Shown here piece by piece: positions 59,618 to 64,000 of a stretch of DNA of 64,000 nucleotides (positions are counted from its first letter, which is position 1; every line of letters starts with the position of its first letter). The position numbers and the translations under genes are program-made. The notes under the pieces are model-generated. The model worked only from the letters and a program-made list of their open reading frames with translations. It was not told the origin of the DNA and ran no database searches. The DNA is from Macrostomum lignano (taxonomy: Eukaryota), in assembly GCA_002269645.1 (NCBI GenBank), contig NIVC01000138.1, positions 18,821-82,820 of the forward strand. Direction: 5' to 3'.

Positions 59618-60169
59618 CAAAGCAAGCCATGGCACTCCATTCTGCACTCCAGGTGCAAATATATTAAGAACTCCGCGAGCGCACCGAACAAGAACCTCGG
59701 GAGTGGGTGGGGGTTGAGGCAGACAGGTAAGGCCCCTCTCCTTATTACCAAACAGAGGATAATTGCATTCAGCCTTGCACCAACCACAAAAATGTTGCAC
59801 AAGTAGAGGACGGAGGTGCAAAGGTTCGCTAAGCACCTTCATCCTGCATCCGGGCTGTCAAGAGAATTCAAGTCTGCAGCAAAGCTCCAGCTGAACAGTC
59901 ATTATAGCAGATTAGAGGTGGGCAGTGACGGCGGGAGAGAATCGTTAGAAAAATTCTGGGATAAAGAAAAAATTTCCATGGACATTCGTGTCTGATTCTC
60001 TCGGCCTTTGATGTAATATCACTTCACGGGAAGTGGGCGGCGGTTTTATAAAATATGATTATTCCCACTACTAGTAGTATGTTTGGAAAATACGATTTTC
60101 TGTTTTTCAAAATAAAATTAAGCGCACAACTTTTTAATGCTTGTGCACTAATCTGACACCAATACTCAT

Positions 60170-60450
60170 AAAATCTCACTCTCACCTCTAATCTCACACA
60201 CCAAATCTAAAATCTCACTCTCACCTCTAATATCACACACCAAATCTAAAATCTCACTCTCACCTCTAATCTCACACACCAAATCTGAAATCCCACTCTC
60301 ACCTCTAATCTCACACACCAAATCTAAAATCTCACTCTCACCTCTACTCTCACACACCAAATCTAAAATCCCACTCTCACCTCTAATCTCACACACCAAA
60401 TCTAAAATCTCACTCTCACCTCTACTCTCACACACCAAATCTAAAATCCC
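60170..60450. repeat. 39-bp minisatellite
   Basis: Unit AAAATCTCACTCTCACCTCTAATCTCACACACCAAATCT. Confidence 0.93.
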
Positions 60451-60783
60451 GCGAGGTCTCTAACCTCATTCTAATGGCATCCCTCTAATCTCATTCTCTC
60501 ATCTCTCGCCTCTCTCTCATATCTAATTTTATCTCTACTCACTGCTTAAGTCCCGCATGCGTTCTCTACGAGTAATCTCTAATCTAATCTCACACTATAT
60601 GTCTTATCCCTAATCCACATTTTCTAATTTCTATTACAATATTTATATTTCCGTATTAGAAAAAAACAGAAAAAATGAAGTCCAGCGAATTGCTATTTTT
60701 CATTTCAAAAGATGTCGAATAGCAGACTGAACTGGTGTGTATTTGAAGGTCAAACCAGATCGCAGACCCGTAGTTTGCCTCTC

Positions 60784-61235
60784 TCAGCAATTGGAGTTGC
60801 TGACAAAGGCGCAGTCTATGGCCCAATCAATGTAGGCCTTTTTATAGACCAGCAGCTTAGCATCCGAGTCGTCAACCCAACTAACCGTCCGATGCACCGA
60901 GTTCAGCACCGGAACTCGAACAGTTTGAGTCAGGCACCGGCCTGGCAACAGCGCATCCGAACTGGCGCACTTCACGTGCAAAATCCTTGTTGGTATCCGC
61001 CTTGGATCGTAGTCTTCTTGCTGCTCAAATGAGCAGACGGGTTGCCCCATTATGGAGTCGTGGACTTCGTAGGATTGGTTCGTGTTCAATAGCGGCTCCC
61101 GTGTTGGGTCAGGAAACTTTCCCAACAGTTCGGCCCCGACGCAAACCTCGCGCAAGTCCTCGGTGACCGAGTGAGCAGTTGCTATCCTGCCGCAGATGAT
61201 TAGCAGCAGTTGAAGACGGAGCAGCGCTCTGCTGC
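60784..61235 (-). CDS. IL-17/Trunk-like secreted cystine-knot protein, main exon
   Basis: Acceptor ctttcag| at 61236, phase 1. Hydrophobic SRALLRLQLLLIICGRIATA, then VCSFEQQEDYDPRRIPTRILHVKC...RCLTQTVRVPVL...YKKAYIDWAIDCAFV, matching the IL-17-fold D-P-x-R-I-P, xKC and PVL motifs. Confidence 0.72.
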
Positions 61236-61374
61236 CTGAAAGTTTGTCGGAATTACATGTAGTTATAAGGCTTAGGCTGGCGGGTTTAATTATAGATAAT
61301 GCAATCAGGGGTCTTAATTAACTGCTTCTCTCTATTTTTAGACTGGGAGGCCGACCTAATTAGTGTTACAGACA

Positions 61375-61900
61375 GTAAATACCTGTTTGAGTCATTAATA
61401 CACCTGTTTTAGTCATTAATTCACCTGTTTGAGTCATTAATACACCCGTTTTAGTCATTAACTCACCTGTTTGAGTCATTAATACACCTGTTTTGAGTCA
61501 TGGATACACCTGTTTTGAGTCATTAATACACCTGTTTGAGTCGCGAATACACCTGTTTTGAGTCATTAATACACCTGTTTGAGTCGTGAATACACCTGTT
61601 TTGAGTCATTAATACACCTGTTTGAGTCGTGAATACACCTGTTTTGAGTCATGAATACACCTGTTCTGTTTGAGTCATTAATACACCTGTTTGAGTCGTG
61701 AATACACCTGTTCTGTTTGAGTCGTGAATACACCTGTTTGAGTCATTAATAAACCTGTTTGAGTCGTGAATACACCTGTTTGAGTCATTAATAAACCTGT
61801 TTGAGTCGTGAATACACCTGTTTGAGTCATTAATAAACCTGTTTGAGTCGTGAATACACCTGTTTGAGTCGTGAATACACCTGTTTGAGTCGTGAATACG
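61375..61900. repeat. 20-21-bp minisatellite in the IL-17-like intron
   Basis: Unit TACACCTGTTTGAGTCGTGAA or TACACCTGTTTGAGTCATTAA. Confidence 0.93.
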
Positions 61901-61954
61901 TTAGAGCTTAAAAAACACCAAATCCACTCACCAAGTATCATTGCAGTGACTCAC

Positions 61955-61988
61955 CTGCTTTTATCACCGACCGCTCTTCCGATTTCAT
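61955..61988 (-). CDS. Candidate first coding exon of the IL-17-like gene
   Basis: ATG AAA TCG...AAA GCA G|gtgagt, a phase-1 match. An alternative is ATG ATA CTT G|gtgagt at 61932-61941. Confidence 0.45.
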
Positions 61989-62397
61989 CAAGTTTCCTCC
62001 AAAGTGGCATCAAAATCTTCAACCGATGAGCAGGGCGGAGAGCTTTTTTCGAGCTTTTTATGCTATCGAACTTTTTTATGGAAGGAAAACTTAAACATCA
62101 ATAAATAATTGTTATCAGTAAAACTAGAAGACAGATATTGAAGTGGTTAAACAAATCTGTTTGCCAAGCCAAGCTGTAGGAGTTCCCAATTTAGCAACTA
62201 AACAGGAAGTGAATGTAAACAAAAATTTGTGTAGTTTGCACCATAAATGGCTGCGTTGAAAGCGCATAAGTCCAATGTCACTAAAATATTGTTTTTAAAG
62301 TCTCATCTCATTCTTTCTTATAAAGACAAACTGTCTTCTTACAGTTGTTTCCTACATAAGTTTCTTTTTTTTAAAGATGTTTTATTTATTTTCTTGA

Positions 62398-63190
62398 GAA
62401 GTCACTACTGGTAGCCTGTGTGAAGTCACTACTGGTAGCCTGTGTGAAGTCACTACTAGTAGCCTGTGTGAAGTCACTACTAGTAGCTGTGTGAAGTCAC
62501 TACTGGTAGCCTGTGTGAAGTCACTACTGATAGCCTGTGTGAAGTCACTACTGATAGCCTGTGTGAAGTCACTACTGGTAGCCTGTGTGAAGTCACTACT
62601 GATAGCCTGTGTGAAGTCACTACTGGTAGTCTGTGTGAAGTCACTACTAGTAGCCTGTGTGAAGTCACAACTGATAGCCTGTGTGAAGTCACAACTAGTA
62701 GCCTGTGTGAAGTCACAACTAGTAGCCTGTGTGAAGTCACAACTAGTAGCCTGTGTGAAGTCACAACTGATAGCCTGTGTGAAGTCACTACTGGTAGTCT
62801 GTGTGAAGTCACTACTAGTAGCCTGTGTGAAGTCACAACTGATAGCCTGTGTGAAGTCACAACTAGTAGCCTGTGTGAAGTCACAACTAGTAGCCTGTGT
62901 GAAGTCACAACTAGTAGCCTGTGTGAAGTCACAACTAGTAGCCTGTGTGAATTCACTACTAGTAGCCTGTGTGAAGTCACAACTAGTAGCCTGTGTGAAT
63001 TCACTACTAGTAGCCTGTGTGAATTCACTACTAGTAGCCTGTGTGAAGTCACTACTAGTAGCCTGTGTGAATTCACTACTAGTAGCCTGTGTGAATTCAC
63101 TACTAGTAGCCTGTGTGAATTCACTACTAGCCTGTGTGAGTCACTACTTAGCCGTGCACTACTAGTAGCCTGTGTGAATTCACTACTAGT
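62398..63190. repeat. 24-bp minisatellite
   Basis: Unit GTGTGAAGTCACTACTAGTAGCCT. Confidence 0.95.
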
Positions 63191-64000
63191 ACTTTTTCAG
63201 AAGTCCCGCCGAGCCCTCGGCAATGCGTATCTTGATGGAAAATTGCAAAATTGATGAACCCAGCGAAACACAGTTCTCTGTATATCATGTCGTACACGAG
63301 TTAGCTGCAGAATTTAACTCCCCAAAGACCCCCCTGAGCCAGCAGTGCATGAATATGTAGGAGCATTCTAATCTAAGCATGAATGCTGTAGTAAAATATA
63401 ACTATAACACTTGCAGACCACGTACAGCTGACATTGCGGCCAGGTTTTTCGCTTTAAAATGCATTAGCTAGATGGAAATTTTGAAGTGTTTTAAAAAACT
63501 CTCGTAACTAATGAATCAAGTTTTTCACACCTTATGTACTTTCTAATTGCTAGACTCGTTCTAAGACGATGTCTTCAGTTTAAATTCGGAATCCCAGAAA
63601 TATGCGGAAAACTTCCGTTTTTGTCGAAATTTGCACGACTTTCAAGTATACAGCCTCGAGCTGAAGTTGAAGCGACTTTATTGCTCACTCGATTGCTTCA
63701 AAATATTTTCATTCTTGCTCAGAAAATCGTCAAAGCGCTTCCGTGCATGCGCGCATCTGAGGCCAAGCACTAATTAACTCTTCAAAGCTTGACAAATTAA
63801 TCTTTAATTACTCAGCAAAGACGCTCTAATAGAAGACCGCACTCGTTGGAATTCTTTCTTCTCTCGTCTCATCTACACCAGCCTGTGCCTTCCTTTTCCC
63901 TCTAATTAGACGGATGTTCCTCAAAATCTCAGATTCCGCCCCATCCCCATCAGTCTACCTCATACACTCATCAGTCTACTCATACACTCATCAGTCTACT

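Overview
Eukaryotic (metazoan) genomic DNA with spliced genes, GC-rich exons and very dense tandem repeats. This pattern suggests a flatworm such as Macrostomum, but that is inference only. All genes are on the minus strand. (1) The first two coding exons of a USP24-like deubiquitinase (1-2777), running off the left edge. (2) A GT31 beta-1,3-galactosyltransferase (15272-16354) whose start codon is unresolved. (3) A complete 37-exon hemicentin (23146-56999, about 4,130 aa): signal peptide, VWA, about 28 Ig, 6 TSP1, G2F, about 5 EGF and a fibulin-type C-terminus. It carries four -1 frame breaks, most likely assembly errors. (4) A two-exon IL-17/Trunk-like cystine-knot gene (60784-61988). The first 10 kb holds relics resembling six DNA-transposon groups (P, mariner, hAT, Merlin, IS630/Tc1, Mutator-like), several with intact TIRs and TSDs. 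The most striking pattern is that 28 of 36 hemicentin introns each hold their own unrelated tandem array. Some arrays begin at the splice donor and some multiply transcription-factor motifs (AP-1, ETS, NF-Y). No CRISPR array, rRNA or intact tRNA was found. Exon boundaries were derived by hand from GT/AG sites and phase continuity; repeat boundaries are approximate.
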